DNA of 64,000 nucleotides from Lingula anatina (lineage: Eukaryota > Animalia > Brachiopoda): positions 5,084,001 to 5,148,000 of the forward strand of contig CM120641.1 of assembly GCA_051362555.1 (NCBI GenBank), given 5' to 3'. Position 1 is the first letter of the stretch. The number at the start of each line of letters is the position of its first letter. A program made the translations under genes and the position numbers. This document shows positions 13,872 through 26,800 of this stretch, piece after piece. Under the pieces are notes generated by a model that ran no database searches, was not told where the DNA came from, and saw only the letters and a program-made list of their open reading frames with translations.

Positions 13872-16800
13872 GGTAATGATTTTTTTCATTGTGTAATCAG
13901 ATCCATTTGAAATTTAAAAAATGCTCCTTCTTTTCATTGTCAGCATTTAATCTAAATCTTCAAAAAGCCATACAATCATGATTCTATGGTATAGGATAAG
14001 GTGACTTGAAACCATTATTTTATTTACAAAACATACCAGTCTGCTGGAAGAGATGTCTTACTTGGCTGCAAAATCCATTTACATATTCTGATATAATCTG
14101 AAATACAAAAGGCCCCCTTTTTCAGTTAGATGCAAGCAACACCAAGGCGTTTTTAGTGTCAAAAACATTTAAATTGATACCCAGGGAGGAATGTTGCATA
14201 AAATTGAACCAAAAATTAAGTGTTATGGATTAGAAGAGGAGATTGTAAACTCACGGGTGCTGGTTTCCTATGGATTTTACTTGTTACTAATAAAATTATA
14301 TGTCGTCACCAAAATATTTCACTGATTATTACTCAACATGGTGGGTGTTTTGGGGCATGTGACACTGAAGTTTGATGTTCTTTTGTGTTCTGAAAATATA
14401 TAGAAAAAAAAATTAAATATTGGCACACAGGAAGACGGTCTGCCATAAAATGCTGACTTGTTGTGTAGTCCTGTTAAAGTAAGCTTGCTAGGAACAGTTT
14501 AGTGAAAATAGCAGCCACATTCCCAACTCACTAGGATGCACAAACCACCTGCCATTTGCCAACTATAGCCCAGTTGTTTGTTTCAAGTGAAATGTGGGGG
14601 AATGGAAATTAAACTTTCAGAAACGAAAAAAGGAAAAGGAAAGAATATAGTCTTCTCAGTAGCAAGAATTTTGTAGCAGCTGATGGTTTATTTGCCTTGG
14701 TCTGGTAGGAGATGATTCTGCTTTGACAAAGCATTCTTCTGACTATGTGGTAACAGTTGAATGGGGGCATAACTATTTTTTCAGCTCAGAGAAACTGAAT
14801 AGAAATGTGTGTTATTGTGATTCATAAGATGTTTTAAAGTGGAACTGAGGCATTCAGAAGTGCTCCAGCACCTCTGTTACCTATCACTGAACTATCACCC
14901 ACAAACTTACGTCATACAGAAACTGTCTCTTCTTCTGTTTTAGTTGCATTCACCAAATATTCTCCCCAGGGAGGTGTAGAGTGACAGCTTATAGTATGCA
15001 ACAAGGCCAAAATGACCAGGCTTCCTTTGAATTCTGAGTTTAATAGAATATATATATATATAACTTCAACCCTCTGGGTTACCATATCTCAATAAAGATT
15101 ATTATAATTCTGGAAGAAAAGATGGTGCAAATGTCAGTTGTATTTTCTGCTGCAGAGTGCTAGCAGTGGGTATTATATATGTCAGTGTTCATAAGTGTGC
15201 ACAGCAGTGATTGGCTGTTTGATGGGAGACCAAGTGTCATCTGCTGAGTTGCGTAATTTCTGAGTTTCCTTCCTGTCTTGACACCTGTTGGTCACTGCTC
15301 AATTAGTTTCAAAATAGCCAGTCACATGGTGGTCATTCTTTTATGAAAATAACTACTGATCATCATCTGCAAATGGAATTTATTCATTTTTAATTCGCTT
15401 CCTGCTACTTCAAATGGTCAGTATTATATGGAACAGCTCCACATCCGTATATTTGTCTCCTTGTAATAACCCAGTCCTTATCTGGAGTTAATGGAGGTTT
15501 CAGTGGACAGGTTTTGCAGATATCATTAATGGATCGGAATTTGATAAAGAATATTCTGCTGCTGGTCAGTGTAATTGTTCAAATTTCTGTAATTCAGACA
15601 TATGGTCTCACAAAATCACTTAAATGTAAAATCTAGGGGTTAAGGGAGCACAGAGCAGCATTAATCTTTTCCTTACATGTGCCATGCCAGCATTTCAGGG
15701 ATGTTCTGTTATTTTCAGACATCTGTTTTAAATATAGAACACACACACATGAATGCTTAGAGATATAGGGATGCTTTTTTTACATTTGTACATTTTTTAG
15801 CAATTTTTTTTATTCAACACATTTTCTCCATTAAATGAAAATGTAAATGTACATGGGGGATTATGAGCAAACTGCTTACAGATTACTGGGATTCCAAATT
15901 CTGGTCACATATTTGTACTTTCTAACTCTTTCAATTAGCATTTACATTGCCAATCATGGACTGATTAATTATCTGAATTCAAAATCCATTTAACCTGATG
16001 CATGATAAGAATATTGGTTTTTAGACTCATTTGCTTAGTAAGTAGACTTGTTAAAGTGCAGTATAAAAATTAAGATGAAAATCCAGTTGAGTTTTCATGA
16101 ATTAATAAAATCAAAAGTAAGAGAGCTTTTTTTATAAATAATTTCATGAAAGAATTATTTTGTCTGATTTAATGCTGTAAAAATAAACAATAATCAGTAG
16201 ATTTTTAGGTGAAAAAGTAGCTGTTACACATTTTGTTTGATTGATGATGTTTGTGAAGTGAAACTTGGCTAATGGCTTTAAGGTTGCAATGTTAAAGTTA
16301 ATTATGGACAAGTTCGAAAAAGAAAAATTGCAAACAGCCCCCAAACAGCCACACACATTTGATTAAATGTACATCAAGTTGCAAGTAATTACTTTACCTG
16401 TGGACCCCAACAATTAGAGATGGAAATTATGTACAGGTGGTAGGCATAAAGAGAAAAGAGTAATGTGTTGGACACCATGTTGGTCGTGTGACCGAGCAGA
16501 TGCTGTCTTCTTGAACATTCAACTCCTCTCTTCCATCTGCCTATTTAAGAAGGGATTTCAATTTGTAAACTGGAGAAATGGGTCTTTGAAATTGTAGATC
16601 TGCCAATTACTGGGGAATATGAAATGAGGCAAATGTGATAAACAGGCTTTGTTCGGTAAATTTGAGCATATCGGCTATGTTTGATTTAGGTTTTCAAGAA
16701 TGAGATCACAAATTAAGCTTGTTTGAGTGGATAATAATGGCAGGGGTCTCAGATGAGTAAATTATTTTAGTATATATATATATTAGGGGTTTTATGTTTT

Positions 16801-18266
16801 CTTATTTTTGTGTGTTATGTTTTAGATAATAAAAGACACAAGAATACATATTTTTTACTACTGTTTACTGTAATACTTGGATTTGGTCTTTCATCTGAAA
16901 TATAAGTATATCTCTCAGGTCAAGAAATTGCTTGCTCTGAATTTAAGTATTCTTCAAGAAAATCAATACAACATCCTTTTTGTTATCATATAATTACGCT
17001 CTGCATATTACATGTACTCAGTCCTTATCTTTCCAAGTCCCAAATCACAATGTGAGTACCACAGCAATGATTGGGTTGACCATTAACTTCCACAATTGTT
17101 ACATCATCAGTTATTAAAGCAAATTAGTCCATCCAATTTTGAAGCTCATATTATAGCTCTAAAGTAGCCTCTTCTTCAAGCTTTTTGTCAAAAATATATT
17201 TGTATTCAGAGTATGACGTAAGCTTCCCAGGCACATGTCATGCATCTTTTCTGCTCCATGTTTGCTGTTCCATGTTATCGAAATAGGTAAAAATGGGCTG
17301 CCGGGGTAAAAATTGAGCAAGTGATGGGGGTTGGTTTATAATGCCTCAAGTGGCTGGTGCTTGAAAATATTTCAAGTGCAGTTAAAAAGGTCTGGTGGGC
17401 ATTGTTGTCCTTTTCTTTTTCCCTGGCCCTGCTTATTGATAACAACATCAGTGAATATATTTCAAATAAAATAGCTGATAGCTTCACTCAGGTATATCAA
17501 GAAACCAATATCCTCCATACAAACTTCCTCTTAATGGGACCTTGGTTCTCACGCTTCTCAGGTATTGAAGGAAAAAATCGGCCAAGATAGCTTCGAGCTG
17601 ATGAAATTACAGGAAAGAGATAACCAAGCAGCGTGAAGTTGCCTAGAAGTTTACTGATAGGGTGCAAATCAAGGGGCTTAGTGTAGATAAAACTATTTAA
17701 GTCTAGGGAGACCTGTATTCCTAGAGTTTATATCTAAATAGCATCTTCTGACCTAGAACACCTGAAGAATTAGTGGTCAGCTCCATTATCCTAGAATTTG
17801 AGAGAGAAGGTCAGTGACCACCTTATCCATGTTTCTCAAAGGGCTGGTGATTGTTTGGTAATGTTTCCAGAAATTTCAATAAGAAGAAGAGATGGAACTT
17901 TTTTTTTTACTGTTATTGTTTTTTCAAAGAAAAGCATAAATGTGTGAAAAACTATTTTAGAATTTTTTCCACTCTTTTAGAAATGGTAAATACATCATAT
18001 TCCATTGTTGTGTCACAGCTAGTTGCACACATTTTTCCAGTTGGCTTTGTTCTAACTGCATGACAAGACTATCATGATTAATCATATAATTTTTATTATT
18101 TGATTAGAGAGATAATGATATATTCCATTGTTCTTTACAGACCATCAGTGGAAATAGATCTCCAAAGTTCAACTTGTATGATCCAGCCATATTCGACTTT
18201 CGCTCGATCAGCACTGTGTACAATCCTTTGACTCCAGTAGAGGAACCATCGGCGTGCGCGTTTTAA
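3022..18266 (+). CDS. Probable last two coding exons of an unidentified gene entering from the left (exons 3022-3084 and 18141-18266)
   Basis: Exon 3022-3084 (63 nt) has a strong acceptor (ccttttttcag) and donor (CGG|gtaaga). Exon 18141-18266 has acceptor ttctttacag and is open to TAA. A phase-0 join gives KPLMRKHCAHGLGRARIVKIR|TISGNRSPKFNLYDPAIFDFRSISTVYNPLTPVEEPSACAF*. An alternative frame (TPDAKALCTWPRKGKDCQNT|DHQWK*) cannot be excluded. Product not recognised; further exons may lie in between. Confidence 0.45.
3951..4288. mobile_element. Degenerate MITE-like element with GGG...CCC ends and subterminal GAAGGTT/AACCTTC repeats
   Basis: The left part repeats ccgaaggttcgata/ccaaaggtttgcta and the right part has the reverse complements (aacctttggaata, gaaccttcagaa). 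Related degenerate copies occur at ~11825-12165 and ~55728-55881. Confidence 0.45.
11825..12165. mobile_element. Degenerate MITE-like element related to 3951-4288
   Basis: Left subterminal repeats gaaggtctgcta/gaagggtttgctatg; right aaccttc/aactttcggcata/aaccttcgtcata, ending aagtgcacc. Confidence 0.35.
13828..13870. repeat. Poly(T) tract (~43 nt)
   Basis: Uninterrupted T run. Confidence 0.9.
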
Positions 18267-21200
18267 CTTGGGTCACCACGAGGCTGCACTTAGGCAGCCA
18301 TTTCATTAACAATAAACAACCAGTAACAGCAAAACTGCCATCATCATTATTTTAACATGTTTCAACAGTGGATGAACAAAGGAACAATGACTGATGAGTC
18401 AAGCTGGCAAATGCTTGCATGTGCAGGGTTGTAAAAGACTAAAAAGTCCAAAGACAAAAAAAGGAAAACTTTGAGTGAGCAAGATTGATTTCCAGGAAAC
18501 TGCTATTATATAGTTTCTTGAAAATGCAAAGATACCTTTGGTGGCTGTGGAGAGGTTTAATCTATTATATCTGGTGCATTACTAACATTTCCAAACCAAA
18601 GGTTCTTTTGACTGCCTTAGCCATGAAAAAGATATACAGGATTTGTATGTGTGGTACATGCAGTAGTTTAGAGGACAAGTGTAAATGTAAATATTCCTCA
18701 GATTTCAAAAAAAAAAAGAGAGAGAGAGAGAGAGCAAAATAATACAGGATGAGTATGTTAGTGAATGGGTGATAGTTTGAAAGATAAGGAGTTGTATGGA
18801 TGGCAACAAATTTCTGAAGAATGTTTTTGTTTGTTTTTTCATCAGTCAACAGAAGAGTTTTTTATGTGTGTAAGGGGAAAGCATAGGCCAGTGCATATGC
18901 TTAGAAAACAGTGAAATCTCAGGAGACATTAGCAACATATATGAATGTTTTGCATTATCTTTGATATATTAACCATTGATGAAGACTATTATCATGTAAT
19001 TTTTTTTAATTTAAGAGTGTCAAATGATATTGTGTCTGACAGAGAAACATAAACTACCCACAGTTGTATTTTCCATGGGTAGAGGATAAACATTTGCAAG
19101 AAATGGCCATAAAATTGTATTTTTATTTATTTTATTAATTTTTTTAATCCGTTAAAGTATTCAAACTTAATGGATGTAGGAATTTCTAGTGATCTCTGTT
19201 TAAAGTGTATGACAGTAATAAAACACCATTTTATACTAAAAACTGATTGTTCAATACAACACATATTGTGTTAGCTGATGGTAAAGTAACAAGACAGTTT
19301 TAATATTTGCACATGTACCATCTATTGCACTTCATAAACAATTTTGTTTCTTACGTAAGTAATATTTTAGTGCTGGAAGGAATGAATATGTCTACCAGCA
19401 TATATATATATGGTTTGATTCTGACCTGAAAATGTAAATTGCCAAGAAGATGCTTTCAACCCCTACCTCTTCCAAAAACATAACATTTCAAACTTTTCAT
19501 CTAAAGAAAGATATTGCTTTTATTATATACCTGAAGCACCTTACAATGCACATAATTAAGAAGACCGGTTCTTCACTTCTGTTGATAAGAGATGCACTGA
19601 TGTATCCAGCAGTTAAGTTCTTTTATCAGTCCTATTTGTGATTTTCTCAATGCATCATATCAGTGCTTGCATGTAAAAGTGTGTGACTCAGTAGACAATC
19701 ATTAATTGACCTTTATGCACCCCGAAGATATTTGCAGATTCCCAGAATGCAATATATTTTCGAGAAGGGTAGAAGTGGCATCATGAATAGTTAAGGATGT
19801 GACAAGTATTATTATTGTTATTATTATTATTATTATTTAGAGAACATGGATTTAGATTTATTTATTACAAACATTGAGCTCCAAAAAAACTGTCATGTCA
19901 AAGTTCTGATGAAACTGGGTAATTGGAGTTTTCACTGCTAGAAAAACAGATTTCATATCTTTCCTTATTTTAGTTAATGGAGCTCTGGAGCTCATATGTT
20001 ATTAGTATAATGCTATCCAATTAAAGTATGCCACATGGATTTCACATTGCCACATGGATCTATTTCTGTTATGTCATTCCTGCATTTCACTGAAATTTAT
20101 TATTATGAAGGTAAAAATAAATGAAAGAAACTAAACGGTTTGATTGTTTTTTTACTCAATCTTCCTTTTGCAAGTCATTATTTCATTCATCTACACTAAA
20201 AGACCCAAAATCACACTTAATTGGGGATTTTTGTTTTTATACTTTTAAAATTTCGAGGAATTAAAATCTTATTCCAATAATTTCAACTTATTATGTTTTA
20301 CATTATGTTGACAATTTCATGGCAAATTCATAATTTCTTACAGCATTTGGTCATTGTTCTTGTCACTTACTGAATGGGAATATTGTACATTTTTTATTAC
20401 TAATTACTTGGTGATAATGGTTATTGTAATATTTTCTTAATTGTGACATCAGTCAAATTTGAAATTTCAAGTTAGCATAGCAGATAGTCATCAAATTAGT
20501 CAACTGAATAAGGGCGAATTATTACAAAATATTGAACTTGAGTAGTGAAAAAGAGATGGAAGTATACTAGTATCTTGAATACACACTGGTAACAAAAATA
20601 AAATGAACATGTTTGTTCATGTTTTTAAAGAATTCAAAACCTTTAGCATACAACCGAGCACACTGCTTAAATAGCATCAAAAGGGAAGTAAATAGCACAA
20701 AAACAACATGAAAAAGGAAATGTAGCCAGGTTCTAGGTCTGCAACAAGGATCTGACCTGTGTTTGTACAGGCGCTCTCGGAGCAGCCCTAACAGGCCACC
20801 AGAAAACAGCCTGGAGTTATGGTCTGTGATTAAGGTTATCAACCATGCATCTCAATGCAAACCAAAGCACAAGAGCTTGACTTGGACTGCCAGCAATGTC
20901 AATGTACTGAATATGCCATGTGAAAAATAAGAAGAAGTAATTTAATGTAGGGCTTGCCATCATAATACCTGGAGCTTTCAGAATGTGTCTATCTCCTATT
21001 GTTTATGATGTTATAAATAGTAGAATGGCACCTGAAAACAAATGGAGTCAACAGTCAAAAATGCGCTGAATGTGTGTAATTGGCAACATCAGGTATGGTG
21101 TATGCTTTCTTTGAAAGACACATATATTTTCTTCTTTTGGATGTAGTCCCTTGATCAAAAATTATTTTCCCCTGCTCCTTGATATACCTATTATGTCAGA

Positions 21201-21335
21201 ATAATGCCTTTGGTTTTCAACGTGAAAGAAAAATTGGTTATCATGGTTTACGTTGTTTTCCTTTTATTTGATTAATCAAAGGTACCCTCTTTCCCTCACT
21301 CATGAAAATGAAAAATCAATTAATAGATGAATAAA
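18267..21335 (+). other. Putative long AU-rich 3' UTR of the unidentified gene
   Basis: Follows the stop at 18264-18266. U-rich, with a Pumilio-type TGTAAATA (18686-18693), TTTTTAT tracts and AATAAA candidates (~20116, ~21330). End point is inferred. Confidence 0.3.
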
Positions 21336-23879
21336 GGAAGATGCTAAAAAAATGGGTGTCAAAATATAAATCTTAACTGAAAGCTAGTGTTATGGATGGA
21401 GGAGATGTAAACATTTTTCTGCCTTAAAACAATGACTCACCTGTCTGTTATAGAAAAAAACCCACAAAAAGTGATATAAAATATTGATGCAATGCCTGCA
21501 CACATAACTTTACCTGCGTGTAGAACTGCAAAATTAATTCCTTTTAATATCTTCATTCCAAGTAAATAATTTTATGTTCCAATAGAGCTGTTACTTTTAT
21601 TTCATATACGGGGTCCTAGAGCAGAGTCTGCTAAATCATAAGCATATTGTAGCCAAAAGACTTTATTTTGTTTTTTAAGACTGGGGCATGTCATCTTTGT
21701 ATCCTCAGCACACTTCTGATTTGCCTTTTGAGGTATACATTTGCATTTCAAAATTGTTTTAAATATATTCTATAAGAATGCAATTATTTTGTCATTGAAT
21801 TTGAACCACATAATTATCAATTTTAGGAAAAGCATTATGAAGCTAACAGATGATCGACTTAAATCTACCTAACACAGATAAAACATTTGGTAAAGGGAGG
21901 GGGTTAAGGTCCGACTTCCAATATTAGACCTTAAAATATTTTCATTAAAACTGATGCGAACACAGTTTTATTTTTCACCCAATTTTGGACTTTGAATAAA
22001 GCGATATTTCACTTTTTCATGTTTAATATTTTTTCACTTACTTTATTCAGCAGTTCATAATAAAAACAGACATCATTTATTAATTTATTTGTTGTTTTGC
22101 TTTATTACAAGGTAATTATTTTAATAGTCATTTCTTCCTTACAAAAATGACACATTTTAACTGTCAATAAGTGAACTAACCCTTCTTTCATTGTTTTCTA
22201 CTATAAGTTTTGGTTACTTAACATATATAGACAGTACGGGTAAAGAGAACAGAGTTAACAGTGCATCAGAGTACGCTGCCATCTCCAAAAGAGCCACGGC
22301 CAAATATAGATAAATTCACCTCCTTTTTTTCAACATTCACAGATTAAATAAATTTAGAAGACCGAGGAGACTCATGTAAAAACACTGCAAAACAGCATCT
22401 TTAATGGGATGAAGGAGGGGCATTCCTGCTGTTCCAAGGACCCTTAAAATGACATTCACAGACATCTTTTTGAACAGGGTTGTAAATCATATTTTTGTCT
22501 TACATTTTGAATTAAAAGTCATTGTGGGTGGCATTTAGACCTTTTTTCCCCTGAAGAATGCAATTGCGTTCAATATCAAATATGTCTTTAGTATCAGAAA
22601 TTGGTTCTGAATCAGTTGCAAAAATCTCTTTAAAACTGTTAAATGGAAAGGTATCAATTAGAAATTTCAAATGATCAAAATAACTTTTTTATTTCAAAAT
22701 CTACAAATATATATAGTTCTATGAGCAAACAATTAAAATATACCAACAACTGAAAACTTTTTTTTACTATCAACAGTCATAAAGAAATTCAAATATGAGG
22801 TGTTTACTAATACAGTACTCAATGAGAAGTACATGTACCTTGCGTATTTTCTACAACTGAGTGACAAATATGATAACCAAGCAAGTTCAAGGCTTATTCT
22901 GTTATTACCCAAACTTTGACTTTATATCTACTAATATTATCACTAAGAAATAACTTATAACAAGTACCCCATCCATAGTTGATCATTAAAAAAATGAATA
23001 TATGTTTAAATGTAAGATAAAGGATAAATCTTAATTTATCTGAAATGCAAAAGTTGCCAGAAACAACAATATTTAAAATATGTAATACCATCAAATTGAA
23101 GAACAATTTACTTTGTAATGCTAGTCCAGACATAACTTGGATATGGTCAAAAATATACCACTGGCAAAGTGCTTTAGTGAAATTAAAAGTAAACTTAACT
23201 TTTCCATTAAAACATTAACAACAATGGTCCCAAGTTGGTCCTGAAAACTGTAGTGAGAATCTTTAAGTTTAATGTCACAAAACAACAAAATTTTAAAAAT
23301 CTAAAATCTGCTTAACTTTCATTCTTCTTTTTTTTAATATGCTTATTTTTTTCTTTTTATTATGCATTGAGGATATTGAACAATAAAAATAATGCCTGTG
23401 AAAAAAAAGCACCACGAAATAGTTTCTAACTCCACTCTAACTATAATCAATCAAATGCATGTATTCTGTGTAGATAGACAGTTTACTGCAGCAATGAAAT
23501 AACAGCTTTCATCATTAATGGAAATAAATATTGTGTAATTCATTAATAATTCATAGTGAGAAATCAGGTATGGTTACATCAAAGACATAACTATTGTAAT
23601 AGGCAGGACTCATGAGCACAATCAAATTTCTGAAGGATAAAAAAATCATGCTGTAAGCAGTGTAGATCCCCTTGAATAAAAAATCTATCATTTTCCGGGA
23701 AACCAAACTGATTATGTTGTAGTTACCAATGTAACATGCAAATGGTCACGATCCATAACTGATGAAAAAAACATACATATATATGCGATAAGCCTGGATG
23801 CATAATCTCTCAGCTTGCTGTTTGTGCCTATGAGAATGACCTCCCATCATTAAAAGGATGTCACCTAGGTAACACTTGT

Positions 23880-26800
23880 TTATCGCCTTTTCTTGGCTGG
23901 TTTTGTTTTAAGTTCTTTGCACCTGGGGATGTGTCTCTCTGCAGCCGTTTCGTTAAATTTTCTCTGGCAGTGTGGGCACTGGACATAATCAGGGTTTTCT
24001 GTAGGTGGGGGAGGGGGAAGATCTGCTAAATTTCCACCTGCATCTTCAACAGCTTTTATCTTCTTAGCATATTGCAAATTCCTGATGAACTCCTCATGTT
24101 GTGCACGCCAGTTGCTTGCTTTCTTTGCCTGCATAATGAAACAAAGACATTTATAATTATGCTGCTCATATATCAAATGCTGATGAAAATTTCATCTACT
24201 GTTAACCAAGAGGGAAAATGTACTTTCCTTTTAAAATGTTAAATGTTGCATTATTTCAGAGGATCTGAAGAGCCCCAAGGGAGTTTGGTCCTGGAATGAT
24301 CCATCCAAAGATAGGAGTGGAAATTATTTTTGACAGAACATCAGCTTTAATCACTGTATTTTGACCCTCGACTTTACAAGAAATGTGTGTTAAGAAGGAT
24401 TTTGACCAGTGAAAAACTGGCATTAAAGAACAGAGTTTTACTATATAAGAAAGAAAAATGATTAATCTTAATTAAATTAGATTCTCTTAATTCCCATCCA
24501 TGCTATCCCTAAGATGAAGAAGGGAATGAGGACCTTTTATTGCTTAAGGAAGTTTTGTTTCCTTTAGCAAAACTTTGATCACGCATGGCAACCATCTCCA
24601 CTGGTTAGAGGAGATGAGACTTCTCTGAAAGGTAAGATAATCCCATTCCCCGATCTTGTAATGGAGAGACAGTATGAGGGAAATTATGAGAACCTGGATT
24701 TATTCATTTGTCTATTTTCATGACATAACGTTGCAAAGGTTTTCTTCTTCTCACCTGATAAACAAGAATTGAAATTAAATATTTCGGATCACTTGACAGA
24801 TTTACATTCTCCCCATGCAAGTTGCTAAAAGGTTCTCATCTTCATTTTGAAAAGTGATGAGCCATTGGGAATTCATGATTATTTTTCATAAGAACTTCCA
24901 AAGGCCAAAAAATCTCCAAACAAATTTGTGCAGGGAGGAAAAAATTAGTATTGACTACAACTAGATGTGAGTCATGCTATAACGAAGTGTAAGATGTTGT
25001 CAGAGCCAATTACACTTAAAAAATGGGCTTCTGGCAGCCGCATCTTCAATAACCTCTCAGTAAACCTGAACAGAGTTGTAATTACTTGTCTCCAGAAAAG
25101 GCAGCCGCTTCTCTCTGGCAGCATTTCCTACATATATCACATCAGGATTTTTTTGGTAGTCTAGCTAGAATTTGATCGACAAAGCTGAGAAAAATACAGA
25201 CATTATTGGGGATGAAATGGAAAAATGCCTGCAGGTGTTATGCTCTATAAAAAAAATTCTAAAACATTAAGCAGTCAATTTCTGAGCCAGGTTATCTGGA
25301 AGGCAAAAAGCAAGTCTCCTCTTCTCTTCTATAATTGATTGTATTGCTTCATTTGTTATAATCCATCCATCTGCTAGATTTGATGAGGAGAGCAAATATA
25401 ATAAGTAATTTGAAAAACTGGACATGGAAAAGTTAAATGAAATGGAAGATACTTTTAGAGCACAGAGAGGAAAAGAAAAAAAAAAGTGAGGGGAGATACA
25501 TGTACATGTAATAATGAGAAAGAGAGAGGAAGAAGGAAGGGAGGGTGAAAATGAGTCAAGAAAATAAAAGAGGATATATAGGGCAGTGTACTCAGCATAT
25601 TAATTTTCATTTTATCAAATTGATAGGGAAGTAATTTTAGGCTTGTGCAGATCCAAAATGGACATGCAATGACCTATGATTTGATTACTGCAGGACAGAA
25701 ATCAATAAGCTGGCTCCAGCAACATCCGTGCTATGCTTGCATGGGGCATCAATCCACATCCTAAAAGTCTTGCTTCAATTGTCAAGGGGGTTTTCAGCTA
25801 TTGTATGAAACCTGAGAGCTGTCATGTGACTTGTCACCATGAATTATCCAACATGCTCTCAAGTGATGAAGTTAGTAAAGTGGAAGTAACATGAAGATCG
25901 AAACATTTGGATTTATAAGCCAAACAAGTGTAGAAGACGTTACCACGAGGAAATATATATTACACTCTCAGTGCTAGTGATTCACCATAACCTCTACATG
26001 GAATAGGGTTGATTTGTGTGAGCTTTAATCCTGATCTTATGTATTCTGTTATCTAATATATGTTGCTTATCATAGGATTTTGACCATAGTGTTGACGTAA
26101 AAGGTTTTGCTATTACAGCTAGTGTGTTCGTCTTGAGGTGGTACAGGATTCAATACTTAAATAAACCGTACTTCAACACAATTACCATTTGATTCTTACC
26201 AAGAGAGTTTTTTTTAAAAGCTTTTTCACAGACCCACGTCTTACTAATTTTAATTAATTAATAATAGGCCCCATTTCCACCCCACCTGTCACCATGTCTG
26301 TCAGTATGTCATTGTTACCTTGAAATAATCAGTTGTTTTCAGCACATGGCCACTTAAGAAGTTTTATTCATAAGGAAGTATAATCTTTTCCAGCAAATTA
26401 AGGGCAAACAGGTTATAGTCTGAACCACAAATCTAGAAGAAAGTGTGAACCTAATGAAACAATATGATTAGAAGACACAGTGTGTATGTTTGCGCTCATT
26501 CACGTGTGCATGCATGCATCCGTGTGAGTGTGCATGCACTTAGATGCAGGAGGTGGGGAGAAGTATAGTAAGACAAATTTGTTTTGGTAAAAGAAAATAA
26601 AGTGTGACCTATATGCTTTCAACTCACCGGTTCAGGTTTTTTTGCAATGGCTTTGACATATTTTTCTTGTTCTGTTCCCTTAGTTCGCATTGTAGTTGGA
26701 TCAAATACTTTGCGTTTTTTACTTGCATTTTTAGCACAAACTTTCATGTGTTTGTCAAGACGATCAGAGGCAAATTTTCTGCCACATATTGAGCATTCTG

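Noticed and set aside
21904-21934. TTAAGGTC...GACCTTAA mini inverted repeat as a collapsed Kolobok remnant
   Set aside because: An 8-bp inverted repeat is too short to distinguish from chance.
574-23133. Numerous 60-120 aa ORFs in the supplied track
   Set aside because: No recognisable domains, many non-ATG starts and AT-rich intron/UTR composition; expected by chance.
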